A stretch of 64,000 nt of DNA from Octopus vulgaris (GCA_951406725.2 OX597842.1:5766001-5830000); one strand, 5' to 3'. Positions 26,718 through 40,848 are shown, counted from the stretch's first letter. Notes: a model not told the origin generated them from the sequence alone. Numbers and translations are program-made.

Positions 26718-27975
26718 GTAGGTACTCTGGCTGCTCAGCCTGCACACTCTCTATAGTCTCTGTTGAGTTCAAATTTTCCTTGGGTTTGTGGATTTGGGTG
26801 GGGTGGGGGGGTAATTGAGTTTTAGGTTGGGTCGTTATGGAGAGGTGTTCTGGAAAATTTTTTATTGATTAAATTTGGGATTATGTTAATGTTTAAGATT
26901 TATTCATATATGTGGGACTTTGTTTAGAATTCATTCATGTATGTAGAATTTTGTAGGCAGGTGTGCATATTTAGGTGTGCACACCTGTTGCCAAAGTTCT
27001 GCATGCATGAATAAATTCTAAACAAAGTTCCACATCATCATCATCATCATCATCATTGTTTAACGTTTGCTTTCCATGCTAGCATGGGTTTGACGATTTG
27101 ACTGAGGTCTGGTGAACCAGATGACTGCACCAGGCTCCAAGCTGATCTGGTAGAATTTCTACAGCTTGATGCCCTTCCTAACACCAACCACTCCGAGAGT
27201 GAGTGGGTGCTTTTACATGCTACCAGCACGAGGGCCAGTCAGGCATTACTGGCAATGGCTACGCTCAAATGATGTTTTTTACGTGCCATCTGCACAGGAG
27301 CCAGTCCAGCGGCACTGGCAATGACCTCGCTCAAATGTTTTTTTCACATACCATCGGCACAAGAGCCAGTAAGGCAACGCAGGTAACGATCACACTCAAA
27401 TGGTGGTTTTTATATGCCATCAGCACAGAAGCCAGTCAGCTGCTCTGGCAAAGATCACGCTCGGATGGTGCTCTTAGCACTCCACTAGCACAGATGCGGG
27501 TCATCGAATTTGATTTCAATTTTGATTTCACTTACCTCAACAGGTCTTCGCATATATATATTTCTTTATTACCCACAAGGGGCTAAACACAGAGGGGACA
27601 AGCAAGGACAGACAAAGGGATTAAGTCAATTACATCGACCCCAGTGCGTAACTGGTACTTAATTTATCGACCCCGAAAGGATGAAAGGCAAAGTCGACCT
27701 CGGCGGAATTTGAACTCAGAACGTAGTGGCAGACGAAATACCTATTTCTTTACTACCCACAAGGGGCTAAACACAGAGGCTACGAATTTCGCCCGGTGTG
27801 CTAAAGTTTCTACCAGCTCGCCGTCTTCGCATCTATACTTTACACACAGGGTATCGGTCAACTCTCTGCACTAGTAGAAGACACTCTCAAACAAACAGTG
27901 TTTTAAAGGGTTTTGGCTGCTATTTCTAGCAGGTTCTTGTTATTAACACACCATCTTTCCTTTCAACATTTCCAG

Positions 27976-28090
27976 TGGCAAGCTGAGACGGGTGGCTGCC
28001 CAATTTACCCCCTACAGTTGGACAGACTACGAGTGGACACCGACTAGCAGCCTTAAGCGGTGGATGGCCATGCTGGGAGTCATTGCAATA
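27976..28090 (+). CDS. PTDSS2: PTDSS2 exon (115 nt)
   Basis: tccag acceptor, gtaagg donor; (S)GKLRRVAAQFTPYSWTDYEWTPTSSLKRWMAMLGVIAI; phase matches previous exon. Confidence 0.96.
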
Positions 28091-28300
28091 GTAAGGAAAA
28101 CACTTTTCTTATTCTCTTTTCTCATCATCATCATCATCACCATCAAATCTATATTCACATCTGCATTTCATTTCTATACTCGAAAACACTTTGTTTTAAC
28201 TCTTTATCTCTTTCTCTTGTTTTCCCTCATTTTCTCTCCCTCTCTCTCTCTCTCTTTTTTCACTCTCTCTTTCTCTCTCTCTTTCTCTCTTTCTCCCTCT

Positions 28301-28331
<31 letters not shown>

Positions 28332-28774
28332 CTGTTTCTCTCCTTCTCTCCCTATCTCTCCTCCTCTCCCTCCCTATCTCTCCCTCCTCTCCCTCCCTAT
28401 CTCTCCCTCCTCTCCCTCCCTCTCTCTCCCCCTTCTCTCTCTCTCTCTTTCTCTCTCTCTCCTTCTCTCACCCCTCTCTCCTTCTCCTCTCTCTCATTCT
28501 CTCCCCTCTCCTTCTCTCTCTCCCCTCTCCTTCTCTCTCCCCCTCTCCTTCTCTCCCCCCTCTCTCTCTCAACCCCTTAAAGTCAGCTCTTTCATATGGA
28601 CTAATTCTTGTGACAAGTACAGGCAGGATTAGCAATCTGATTATCAGCTTGGCAGTATATCATTGATGATAATCCTTCCTGCTATTGGCACAAGGTCTGA
28701 AATTTTGGTGGGGAGGGGGTTAATTGATTACATTGACCCCAGGTATTGGACTGGTGCTTACGGTGATGATGATC

Positions 28775-28829
<55 letters not shown>

Positions 28830-29069
28830 CTCCTTTACTTGTTTCAGTCATTTGACTGTGGCCATGCTGGAGCACCGCCTTTAGTCGAGCAAATCGACCC
28901 CAGGACTTATTCTTTGTAAGCCTGGTACTTATTCTATCGGTTTCTTTTGCCGAACCGCTAAGTTATGGGGACGTAAACACACCAGCATCGGTTTTCAAGC
29001 AATGTTGGGGGGACAAACACAGACACACAAACATACATATATATATATATACATGCATATATACGACTA

Positions 29070-29190
29070 ATCATTTGGTGAGGCCTAATGTTTGAAGGTC
29101 TTGCTTCACCACCTCATTCCAGGTCTTCCTGGGTCTACCTCTTCCACAGGTTCCCTCAACTGCTAGGGTGTGGCACTTTTTCACACAAGC
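29070..29190 (-). mobile_element. RTE-type LINE C-terminal fragment (related decayed pieces at ~15940-16330 and ~16965-17110)
   Basis: VEGTCGRGRPRKTWNEVVKQDL motif. Confidence 0.7.
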
Positions 29191-30159
29191 CAAGTATATA
29201 CATACATATGCCAATGTATATAGTCTATACACATATGCCAATGTATATAGTCTATACACATATGTGCCAATTTGTGTGTGTGTATGCATATATATATACA
29301 CGAGGCTACAGTAGAAGATACTTGCCCAATGTGCCACACAGTGGGACCATGTGGTTGGTAAACAAGCTCCTTACCACACAGCCCACCATCATCATCAGTT
29401 AATATCCATTATCCATGCTGGAATGGGTTGGATAGTTTGACCAGTGCTGGTAAGTCGAGGGGCTGCACCAGACCCCAGTCTGATTTGGCATGGTTTCCAC
29501 CAATTGATGCCCTTCCTAATGACATCCACTCCAAGAGTGTAACGGGTGCCACTTGCATACGACACCAGTATTTGCCATGACTACAACTTCATGTGGCTTG
29601 ACGGGTCTTCTTCTCAAGCACAGCAAATTGCCAAGGGTCACAGTCATTTGTCATTGCCTCCATGGGGCCCAACGCTTGCAAGATGCTTTTTATGTGCCAC
29701 GTGCACAGGTGCTAGTTATGCGACACCAGTATCGGCCACATTGCCTCTGTGAGACCCAAAGCTCGAATGGTGCTTTTTACATGACACCAGCATCATGTTT
29801 GTGTGCCTTTATACCATCATCAGCATTTAATGTCCCTTTTCCATGATCACCACCACACCTACTACTAATACTACTACTACTACTACCACCACCGCCACTA
29901 CTACTACCACCACTACCACTGCTACTACTACAAATACTACTACTACTACTACCACTACTACTACTACTGCTACTATTATTATTACTACTACTACTACTAC
30001 CACAACAACTAAAATTACCACAAACATGGTGACCACTATCACCACCACTGCCACCACTATCACTAATAATCACACTACCACTTCCACCACCACCATCACC
30101 ACTACCGATACCAAGATCCGCCACTGTCACCAATGCCATGTCTGTGTGTCCATTTTCAG

Positions 30160-30305
30160 TTCCTGCTAGCAGAGTTGAACACCTTCTATTTGAAGTTTGT
30201 GCTTTGGATACCCCCGGAGCACTACTTGTGTCTGGGTCGGTTGACCCTCTTCCTTGTGATGGGTGCTGTTGCTATGAGGGAGGTGTTCCAGTACCTTGAT
30301 GACCC
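30160..30305 (+). CDS. PTDSS2: PTDSS2 exon (146 nt)
   Basis: tttcag acceptor, gtaagt donor; [48 protein letters not shown]. Confidence 0.96.
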
Positions 30306-30576
30306 GTAAGTACCTTTTTTCTTTCTTTTCTTCTAATTTTTTTTTCTAATAACAATAATAATAGTAATAATAATCATAATAATAACAACCTGAAGGCAGA
30401 TTTGAAATCAGAATGTCTAGACAGACGACTTGCTGTTAATAATTAATAATAATCTAGTAATAATAAAAGTAATAAAAATAATAGTTATAATAAAAATAAT
30501 AATAATAATAATAATAATAACAATAAAAATAATAATAACAATGATAATAATAATAAAAGTCTGCCATCTCACCACC

Positions 30577-30610
<34 letters not shown>

Positions 30611-30868
30611 TAACAATAATAATAATAACAATAATAATAATAACAATAATAATAATAACAATGATAATAATAATAACAATAATAATAATAATGATAATAA
30701 TAATAATAACAATAATAATAATAATAATAATAATAACAATGATATAATAATAATAACAATGATATAATAATAATAACAATGATAATAATAATAATAACAA
30801 TGATAATAATAACAATGATAATAATAATAATAACAATGATAATAATAACAATGATAATAATAACAATG

Positions 30869-30899
<31 letters not shown>

Positions 30900-31195
30900 T
30901 GATAATAACAATGATAATAATAATAGTAATAATAAAAGTAATAAAAATAATAATAATAATAATAATAATAATGTAACACCTGCGACAGTTGAGGGATTAC
31001 TGTATGCTCATTTATATATGACAGGCTTCTTTCAGTTTCCATCTGCTATATTCACTCAAGGCTTTGGTTGGCCCAAGGCTATAGTAAAAGATACTTGCCC
31101 AAAGTGCCACACAGTGGGACTGAACCGGGGACTAGGTGGTTGGGAAGCAAGCTTTTTACCACACAGCCATGCCTGTGCCTATGCAAATGTAAATA

Positions 31196-31990
31196 TTGGG
31201 TTGTCCAGAAAGTTTGTGCCAATTTTTAAAGGAAAGAAAAAGTTCAATAAATACTTGCCATTACATTTTTAATCAACCAAATATGAACCATTTTGTTGCA
31301 CAATGCGTCTCCATCTTTCCTTTAACTTGAAAATACCCTCTTCCCAGAATTGAGGTGGTTTCATGGCAAAGAATTCATCAAGGTATCTTTTTACGTTATC
31401 CAAGGAATTGAAATTTTTACCATTAAGACTATTCTGCAGAGACCTGAATAAGTGGAAATCCAAAGGAGCAATATCTGGTGAATATGGAGGGTGGGGTAAC
31501 ACATCCCAGCCGAGCTGCAGCAATTTTTGTCTGGTTCCCAAAGCATCAAGTGCCGAAAATGAACTTTCTTATCTTCCATTTTAAAGGGTTACAGAATTAA
31601 CATAGGTTATAGGAACAGAAACCTTCTTCCAAGAAAAGATAGCTTAAACTGTGCTCTAAATGGAGGTGTAGTCAAATCCTATTTTATGGACTCAACCATG
31701 TTCTAAAATAAGTCGAAAGGTAAGCTACTATAAATCGGCCGAGCTGCAGCAATTTTTGTCTGGTTCCCAAAGCATCAAGTGCCGAAAATGAACTTTCTTA
31801 TCTTCCATTTTAAAGGGTTACAGAATTAACACAGGTTATAGGAACATAAGCCTTCTTCCAAGAAAAGATAGCTTAAACTGTGCTCTAAATGGAGGTGTAG
31901 TCAAATCCTATTTTATGGACTCAACCATGTTCCAAAATAAATCGAAAGGTAAGCTACTTTAAATCGGCAAAAACTTTCCGGATGACCAAA
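31196..31990 (-). mobile_element. Second copy of the deleted mariner, with an internal ~229-bp tandem duplication
   Basis: Same deletion junction and TIRs; 31509-31737 is repeated at 31738-31966; a solo left end also lies at ~33250-33340. Confidence 0.92.
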
Positions 31991-32377
31991 TATTATTTGC
32001 AGAGTTTGACGAAACAGGAAAATGGAGATTTGGGTGTGGTGGATTATTCATTCTTCCATTACATGTATTTCATTTGGTAAAACATATTACAAAGTGTTAC
32101 ATGTTAGATAGACATGGAAGGAAATTCTTGTTAGAAATTTGTCTGACAGAGAAAAGATTTTTTGGATGAATTCTTAGCAGGTAATTCCTTACATGCCAAT
32201 CTAACCTGTAAATCTTTGTAATTCTTGTTAATGAATGAAACATGTGTAATGGTGTATAAATAATACCAAAAAAGTTCTCATTTTCCTGTTTTATTTTATA
32301 TAGAGCGAGAACAAGTAGAAAGATAAATTTTAATCAATGCATAGATACTAAACAGTATATATATATATATATATATA

Positions 32378-32680
32378 TCAGAATTATTAAATTTCGAAAT
32401 ATCTCATAGAGATATGTACGGTGGTGGGGCGATATAATAGTTGTATACTGTCAATCTAACGTGACAGTAGGGGATTACACCACCGCTGTTTAGCCCTAGG
32501 AAGCATCGACACCTCCTGATGGCTTTGACACATTTTTTTATTCCTGTGTCCTTATATATTTACGAAAGGGAGACAAATACCCCAGCAGCCATCAGGAGGC
32601 GTCGATGCTTCCTAGGGCTAAACAGCGGTGGTGTAATCCCCTACTGTCACATTAAATTGACAGTATACAACCATTCTATA
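32378..32680. repeat. Asymmetric fold-back element between (TA)n runs, no hammerhead core seen
   Basis: Arms ~32433-32524 and 32587-32680; extension on the left. Confidence 0.8.
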
Positions 32681-33419
32681 TATATATATATATATCATCA
32701 TCATCGTTTAATGTCCGTTTTCCATGCTAGAACAGGTTGGATGGTTCGACCAGGGTCTGGGAAGCCAGAAGGCTGCACCAGGGTCTGGGAAGCCAGAAGG
32801 CTGCACCAGGCTCCAATCTGGTCTGGCAGTGTTTTTACAGCTGGATGCCCTTCCTAACACCAACCACTCAGTGAGTGTAGTGGGTGCTTTTTTACGTGCC
32901 ACCAGCACAAGTGCCAGGGTAGGCTGGCAGTGGTCATGATTGGTTGGTGCTTTTTACGTGCCACTGGCACAGAAGCCATTCAAGGCGGTGCTGGCATCGA
33001 CCACGTTCAGATGGTGTTTTTTAAGTGCTGCCGGCACAGGGATCACAACTACAATTTCCATTTGATATTTATTTTGATGTTGATGTACTTGACTCAATAG
33101 GTCTCCTCAAGCACAGCAGGTCACCCTACGATCCAAGGTAAGCACAGCAAGTCGTTCTGCAATCCAAAGTACTTTGGATGGGCTAGGGGCTTGGGGATAA
33201 GGGGCTATAGGCTAGGGGCTATATATATATATATATATAAATATAAAGGATAAAATCCTGTTTTATGGACTCAACCATCTTCTAAAATAAGTCGAAAGGT
33301 AAGCTACTATAAATTGGCACGAACTTTCTGGACAACCCAATATTATGAATATACATGCTAATAATGCAATAAAAAATCTGAAAAATTCTAATGTTTCTGT
33401 TTTTTTTTTTCTGCTGCAG

Positions 33420-33915
33420 GAATTGTAAGAAATTTGGTCGTCAGTCATGGTTGATTGCAGCTATCATCATTACAGAGTTCCTTATCACGATACGGTTCGA
33501 CTGGGTCACGATGACCAAGCCAATTCCGAAGACAATGGCGTCGTTCTGGTTGGTTGGTTTCCTGTCGCTGCTTCTGTGGACGATCTGGAAGTTTTACATC
33601 AAGCGTGACGTGAAGAATGACATTCCGCAGCTGGATGCTGCCACGGCGACGGTGGTGAAGCAGACCGTGTCGATGACGTCGGGGTTGCTCGGGGGTGGCG
33701 CGAAGCCTGTCATGGCGGCGATGAAGCGGAAACGGCAGCCGGGGAAGCAGGCGCTTCACCAGAATGACATTTTGGATAGGGATGATGAGGAGGTGGACGA
33801 GGGGATGGAGGACGACGAGGATGAGCAGGACAACAAGAGCGGAGTCGATGACGACCATTTATGGTCGTCGCAGGAGTCATCGCCACGAGTCAAACAGCGC
33901 TACACTCGACTCTGA
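33420..33915 (+). CDS. PTDSS2: PTDSS2 probable terminal coding exon to TGA
   Basis: Poly-T + ctgcag acceptor; (P)NCKKFGRQSWLIAAIIITEFLITIRFD...LLWTIWKFYIKRD then a basic/acidic tail; stop at 33913-33915. Confidence 0.88.
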
Positions 33916-34374
33916 GTCGCACTCAGACAGACACACAGACAGTAGTTTGTCTAGCATCGTATTGCACTGAGTGCACTCACGTGTGAAGACCAGCTTCCTC
34001 CCCCTTCCTCTGCCTATCTCTCTTTTCCTCTCCCTCTCTCTCTCTTCCTTGTCTCTTCCTTTCTCAGTTCTTCCTCTTCCTCCCTCTGACCAGCTGCACA
34101 TATTTTTCAACTCCAACCCTCCTCCCTTATTTTGTCTGTGTGTTTGCATCGGCATATGTGTGTGTGTGTGTGTGTATATATGTGTGTGTGTGTATATATA
34201 TATATATGTATGTGTGTATATATGTATTTATATATGTGTATATATATATATATTATATATTGTGTGGGAGTAGGTGTGTGTATATCTATATATATATTTA
34301 TATATATAAAATGATGTGTAGGTGTGTATATATTTTAAAGTGCATATACAGATAAATGTGATATGGGGTGTGTG

Positions 34375-34436
<62 letters not shown>

Positions 34437-34608
34437 TACACCTTATACACATATATTATAAATTATGTGTGTGTTAAGTGTGTGTTTGTATGTATATCCA
34501 CACAACAAAAGATAATGTGTGTGTGCATATATGAATATATATATATATATATAAAATCAAAATAAGCAACAAGAATGACTCCGGTAATTTGGTAATATAT
34601 ATATATAT

Positions 34609-34688
<80 letters not shown>

Positions 34689-35288
34689 ATGATAATAATA
34701 ATATGAGGGAATATTATTCCAAACTTACATGGAAAAATTCAATTTAGAAATACTAAATATATATATATATAAGACTATGTGTAGATGTGTCGATTTGTGT
34801 AGTGTATCTGTATATGCGTGTATTATAAAGTGTGTATGGAGATGTGTGTAATATGGTGTGTTTGTATGTTTGTTGTGTGTGTGTGTGTGTATGATAAATG
34901 GGCAGTCAATATGTTTGAAGTTTTGAGGGTGTATATCTGTGTGTGTGTGTGTGTGTGTTGTTTTAGGTTGGAGGCGGGAGTCAAGAGGGTGGGGTTCGTC
35001 TTTGGGAATTTGTGTGGTGGGTGGTGATGGTTGGCGGATGGTGGATATAATTGTTCAAAGTTTTTGTCTACAAACAACGACGATAACAAGAAGAGCAACA
35101 AATGCAAGCAGAAAAGCATTTGCGCACTTCGGCCCCTTCTGTGCTGCTCTCACACCTGGCCCTGTCGGGGGAAATCTTGAGGGTGGCACAACAGCAAGAG
35201 TGACAGGTACAGCACCAGTAGCAAATGCTGCAGCAGTTACAGTGGCAGGAACAACAACAACAACAGAAACAACAATAGGAATAGCAGC

Positions 35289-35335
<47 letters not shown>

Positions 35336-36285
35336 CAGCAGCAGCAACAACAACAGAAACAACAACAGGAATAGCAGCAGTAGTAGTAGTAGCAACAATG
35401 ATAGTGACAGCAATAGCTACAACAGCAACAACGTGAAATACAATAACAACAACAACTGTACTTAGCAGTTCAGCAAAAGTAGACCAATAAAATAAGTACA
35501 TGAGTTTTAAAAAAAAGCCAAAAAAAAAAAAAAAAAACGCCCCAATTCTTCAAAATGTTGCTCCAGAATGGCCACATTCCACTGACTGAAATGAATATGT
35601 TTTTTTAAACTATTGTTTCAGTCATTCAACTGTGGCCATGCTGGGGCACCAACTCGAAGGGAATTTTTTGTCTTAGTTGAACATATTGACCCGCATAGTA
35701 GCTGTTTTTGTATTTTTAAAGTTTGGTGCTTATTCTATCAGTCTCTTTTGCCAAACTGCTAAGTTAGAGGGATATAAATCAACCAACACTGGCTGTCAAG
35801 CAGTGGTGGTATGCAAACACTAAGATACACACACACCACATATGTATAATAACGAGAATTTGGGGAATGAAAATTTGTAAATGCTTTAAAGCATTGCTAC
35901 ATACGTTTCCTCATAGCACAGGTTTTTTGGGCTGTATTCCCAATCTGTAGGACATTAGAAATATGTGGCACCAGGCTAATACTAATAACTATCTCATAAA
36001 ATTACTCTGGAAGATGAGAATAATAAATGATCTTTGGAAAAAATAGCATAGGAGCTTTTTATGAGCGCATTCAAAAACACTTCACATAGACAAACTTAAA
36101 GGATTTATATAAGATATATCGCATTACTAGACAGTGACTGTGTGAGCTACAAAATCCTCATTGCCACTGTTATGTCACACATTCGGATGACCTCTACTGA
36201 ACTCTGCTCTACTCTCCGATGTCTAGGCTTCTCCCTCCATATCTACGTATTGGGCTAGCCTACTTCATCGTCTGGGGAAGTCCAC

Positions 36286-36335
<50 letters not shown>

Positions 36336-36338
<3 letters not shown>

Positions 36339-36567
36339 TTTATTTCAAAGCAGCAGAAAATTCAACAAAACCTGTTACTCTGAGTTTCACGTTCCTGTTC
36401 GTTGGACAGTTTTTTCTAGCAAAAACTGTCCGACGAATGGGAACGTGAAACTCAGAGTAACAGGTTTTGTTGAATTTTCTGCTGCTTTAAATAAAGCATA
36501 TTACTCTACCACTGGTATTTGAGTACTCTTTTTTTCCACCTTGTTTCACATTTATGTGTTTACTCCA

Positions 36568-36568
<1 letters not shown>
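36336..36568. mobile_element. Asymmetric fold-back element in (TA)n with hammerhead-like motif
   Basis: Arms ~36336-36414 and 36421-36499, extension to 36568. Motif 36426-36463 (+): CUGU-CCGACGA-AUG-GGAA-CGU-GAAACUCAGAGU-A-ACAG. Confidence 0.72.
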
Positions 36569-36609
<41 letters not shown>

Positions 36610-36766
36610 TAAATTAAATTAGAGATAAAACTACTATTAGGCAAATCAAACAGTGAAAAACATAAACCAAAACATAGAAATAAAATTAATATAATATACA
36701 AAATATATAAAATTCAAAATTTAAATTATTTAAATTTAAAGTTAAAAATTTAAAATTATTAATTTA

Positions 36767-36813
<47 letters not shown>

Positions 36814-37507
36814 TTTATTAAATATATATAACTATCAAAAAGTATAAAAAGTTTAATATAAGATAAAAAAATATATATATATATATATATATAAAATAAA
36901 TCAAAGAAGCAGAAGATGGATTCAGTACAATGATCATTTCCACCCATTGTGCAGCTGTCCCCTGGGGGTAGGATTTTGTGCATCTAGTTGCGTTGCATCA
37001 ATCGGTGCACGCTGTGTCACTTCCGGTGCCTGGTGTAGAATACGGTATCTCACTAGATATACTAAGTTCTCCTTGGCATGTTGTTCTCACTCGTAGCCCA
37101 AATAGTGGACGTATTTTAATCCACATTACTAATCGACATATATCCAAAGTCCAAATAATTACACACACCCACAAGGGGCTTCTTTCAGTTTCTCTCTGCT
37201 AAATCCGTTCACAAGGCTTCGGTCAGTCCAAGGCCGTAGTAGAACACATTTGGCCCAAGGTGCTATTCTGTGGTATTGAACCCAAGACCTCTTGGTTCGG
37301 AGGCAAACTTCTTCACCACAGAGCCATGCTTGCATCTTTTTTTTTTTATATTTCATTTCATTGTTGTTGTTGTTATTGTTGTTGTTTGTAAATGATAAAA
37401 GCTAAGAAGATATTTGATAACCACTCTGCAACTAATGTATAAAAACAGACATTTATCCACAGTGGGTTTCTGGTTCAATTCCAGTCCACAGCACACCTCA
37501 CATGCGC

Positions 37508-37545
<38 letters not shown>

Positions 37546-38223
37546 GGTTTCTTAACCTAACCTCTTTAAACGCACACAATACCCTCACCCATGCCCCTAC
37601 CTCCAGATGACCCGGCATGACCTCTGTCACTTTGCTTCTGGTTTTAGGGGGTGGTTTTTGGAAGGGGGGGCAGTTTTCTTTGTTTTTTTAATTTATTTTT
37701 TACTCTTTTTTGTTGTTTGTTTCCACAGTTTATATTTCAGTTGTGTTGGTGATGATGATGATGATGGTAGTGATGGTGGTGGTGGTGGTGTTGATGATGA
37801 TGATCATAGTGACAATGGAGTTGGTTGTGGTGGTAGTGGTTTTGGTGATAATAGTGATGATGGTGGTGATGTTGGTGGTGGTCATAGCAGTGACAATGGA
37901 GGTGATGGTGGTGGTGATGATGATGATGATGATGGTGGTAATGATGGTGATGATAATGGTGATGGTGGTGATGGTGATGGTGATGGCAAGGGTTGTATTT
38001 AGACAATCTGGTGAAGCAGCTGTACACCTGGCAATTGTGGCCATCCCTCCTCTTTCCTTTCTCTCCCCCAATCTCTTTGATCATTACCCCCTCACACCCA
38101 CCCACCCAGTCTCACCCCTGTCAATCCCCCCCTTCATCTCTGTTTTCCATGCTCTGTCTCTTTCCACTATATCCTCTCTCTCTCTCACTCATATATATGT
38201 ATATATATATATATATATATATT

Positions 38224-38495
38224 TATAAAGAAGGGTGCAACTTGTAGCATAAGCATGCTAAAAATAGCAGTCAAAATGATTCCAAAGCATAGTTTTCACT
38301 TGTCCACAAGGGGGAAATCATGAGAAGAAGCAGTAAAATTTTAAGACCCCTGTACCATAGACAAAAAAATTCACAAATGAAAATCAGACATACCCATATC
38401 GATTTCACCCTTGTGTTCAAGTGAAAACTGTGGTTCTAAGTGATTTTGACTGCTATTTTTAGCATGCTGGTGCTACAAGTAGTACCCTTCGTTAT
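38224..38495. repeat. Degenerate inverted-repeat (MITE-like) element
   Basis: Arms ~38224-38319 and 38401-38495. Confidence 0.7.
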
Positions 38496-38572
38496 TAATT
38501 AATAATTTTGCCTTTGTGGTTCTTTTGCACATGCTAGCCACTGCTGTTATTGTAAATTATTAACAATAATAT

Positions 38573-38605
<33 letters not shown>

Positions 38606-38608
<3 letters not shown>

Positions 38609-38930
38609 TAGAAGAAATGAGGTACTCAGAAATTCGGATGGTTTTATATTTACAGATATTTATTTGTATATTACATGTTTTTATACATCATATAACTTAG
38701 ATCATGTATTAGCGCTTTCTCCCATTCTTGTGGGGGTTTTCAAATCAAACTAAGTTCCTGTGTGAAAAGTTTTGACCATTTTATAGAAAGCGCCAATACA
38801 TGATCTAAGTTCTATGATGTATAAAAAATGTAATATACAAATAAATATCTGTAAATATAAACCATCCGATTCTCTGACTACCTCATTTCTTCTAATATAT
38901 AATACCTGTACATCATCTCCAAACCTTCCA
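38606..38930. repeat. Asymmetric fold-back element in (TA)n
   Basis: Arms 38606-38720 and 38785-38897; extension on the right. Confidence 0.8.
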
Positions 38931-39112
38931 ATATATATATTATATAGAAGGCATTATTACACATAAATGCCACATGCTAGGAGGGACTTTTAAAGTCAAA
39001 ACTACTAAAATAAGTAAACATATCGTACCAAAATACAACTCTCAAAGCAAGTCATTTAAAAACAGAATTCAGATGCATATCACTGTGATTTCATAATCAG
39101 TGCAGTGGTATA

Positions 39113-39176
<64 letters not shown>

Positions 39177-39610
39177 GCAATGAGCACAAACAGAAGGCAA
39201 CAGTTAGGGCAAGTTTTAACAAGTATTATATTAATCCTTTAACATTTTACTGGCCATATCTGGTCCAAATATTCTGTTTTGTGTTTAAACCAGCTAGATC
39301 TGGCTTCTCACGCCTACCCAGCAATATCATTCTAAAAACATAGAATCACATCATTGAAATCTCGAAGTTATGAGATAATGCATGATTAAATTAAAACCTC
39401 ATTAATAAATAAGCATTACTTTTGACAGAATAAAGGGTTGAATACTTAAAAAAAAGGGAAATAGTCTTGACGTTTCGGATGGCAGTCTTTCATCAGACAA
39501 AAATGGGAAAAGGTGATTGAAAAGAAATATATATATATAATATGAGGGAATATTATTCCAAATTTACAGGGAAAAATTCAATTTGCAAATACTAAATAAA
39601 ATTTCACAAA

Positions 39611-39649
<39 letters not shown>

Positions 39650-39733
39650 ATTAGAAAAAAATATCTTTCATCAATTCAATAATGAATAATTAAATTATAC
39701 CATTTAGAAAAATTACATTTTTTTTTCTAATTT

Positions 39734-39788
<55 letters not shown>

Positions 39789-40185
39789 TATGTGCACAAT
39801 CCTATGTATATTTATGGTTGTCTTACTCTTTCTCTTTCCATCTCTCAATCTATTTCTTACTATCCTCACCCGTCCCTCCATTGGTCTATATACTCCATCA
39901 TATATACACAGCCTTATGTATGTATATTTGTGGTAACAAAGCAAAAAAAAATATAAACTTATTTTGTTTTTATTTCTTTTTTGTTGTCTTTTTATTTGCA
40001 TTTTACACTGTCTTCCATCCTACACACATCCTTTGCAGTCACATGATTTGTAGAAGATACTTGCTCAAGGTGTAAAACCATGCCACCATGGGGCAAGTGC
40101 CTTTGACTATAGCCCCTGGCTGACCAGTGCCTTGTGATAGATTTTGATTGAAAAATACTGTATATCATCATCATGTATGTATATG

Positions 40186-40216
<31 letters not shown>

Positions 40217-40408
40217 TTGTGTGTGTATATATATATATATATATAATACAAATAAGAAAATGGCGGAACAATTTCATTTCAATCAACTTACAGATATTAT
40301 CAATCATATTATTTATTAACTACATAAATAGGAACATCCAAATCCAACAAAACAATATACATCAATATGTAAGATAATAATACCATAAGAATAATACACA
40401 TAAAATGG

Positions 40409-40538
40409 ATCTTACAGCTGTTTCAGCCTGTAGATAAACGTATCTCATTGGGCTTATATTAGTCATATGTATTGAGGTAATATGCACTTAAAAATGAGTT
40501 ACTTATATATATATATATCTCAAGGCCTCGTCAGAGAT
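40409..40538 (-). ncRNA. Type I hammerhead motif with canonical core and long helix II insert
   Basis: Minus strand reads AUCU-CUGACGA-GGCCU-(~93 nt)-AGGCU-GAAACAGCUGU-A-AGAU; palindromic ACAGCUGU helix III, GUA cleavage triplet. Confidence 0.72.
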
Positions 40539-40848
40539 TATAAAGTACAATTATAAAAATGCAAATATAAATATGAAACAAAATACACATACACAAGAAT
40601 ATATATATATATATATATATATATAAGTGTATCGCTCATCTAATACAACAAATGAATTAATTACATTGCAATTATAAGCATTTATGTATTTGGCATTTGG
40701 GTGCTTCACCAGCAGTATATTGGATAACTGATATCCCATAGTGGGTTACACTCATAACCCCTATCTCACTTTGTACTTATATATATGTGCATGCGTGTAT
40801 ATATATATGCATAAATATGTATAACAACGATCTATATGTATGTGTGTG

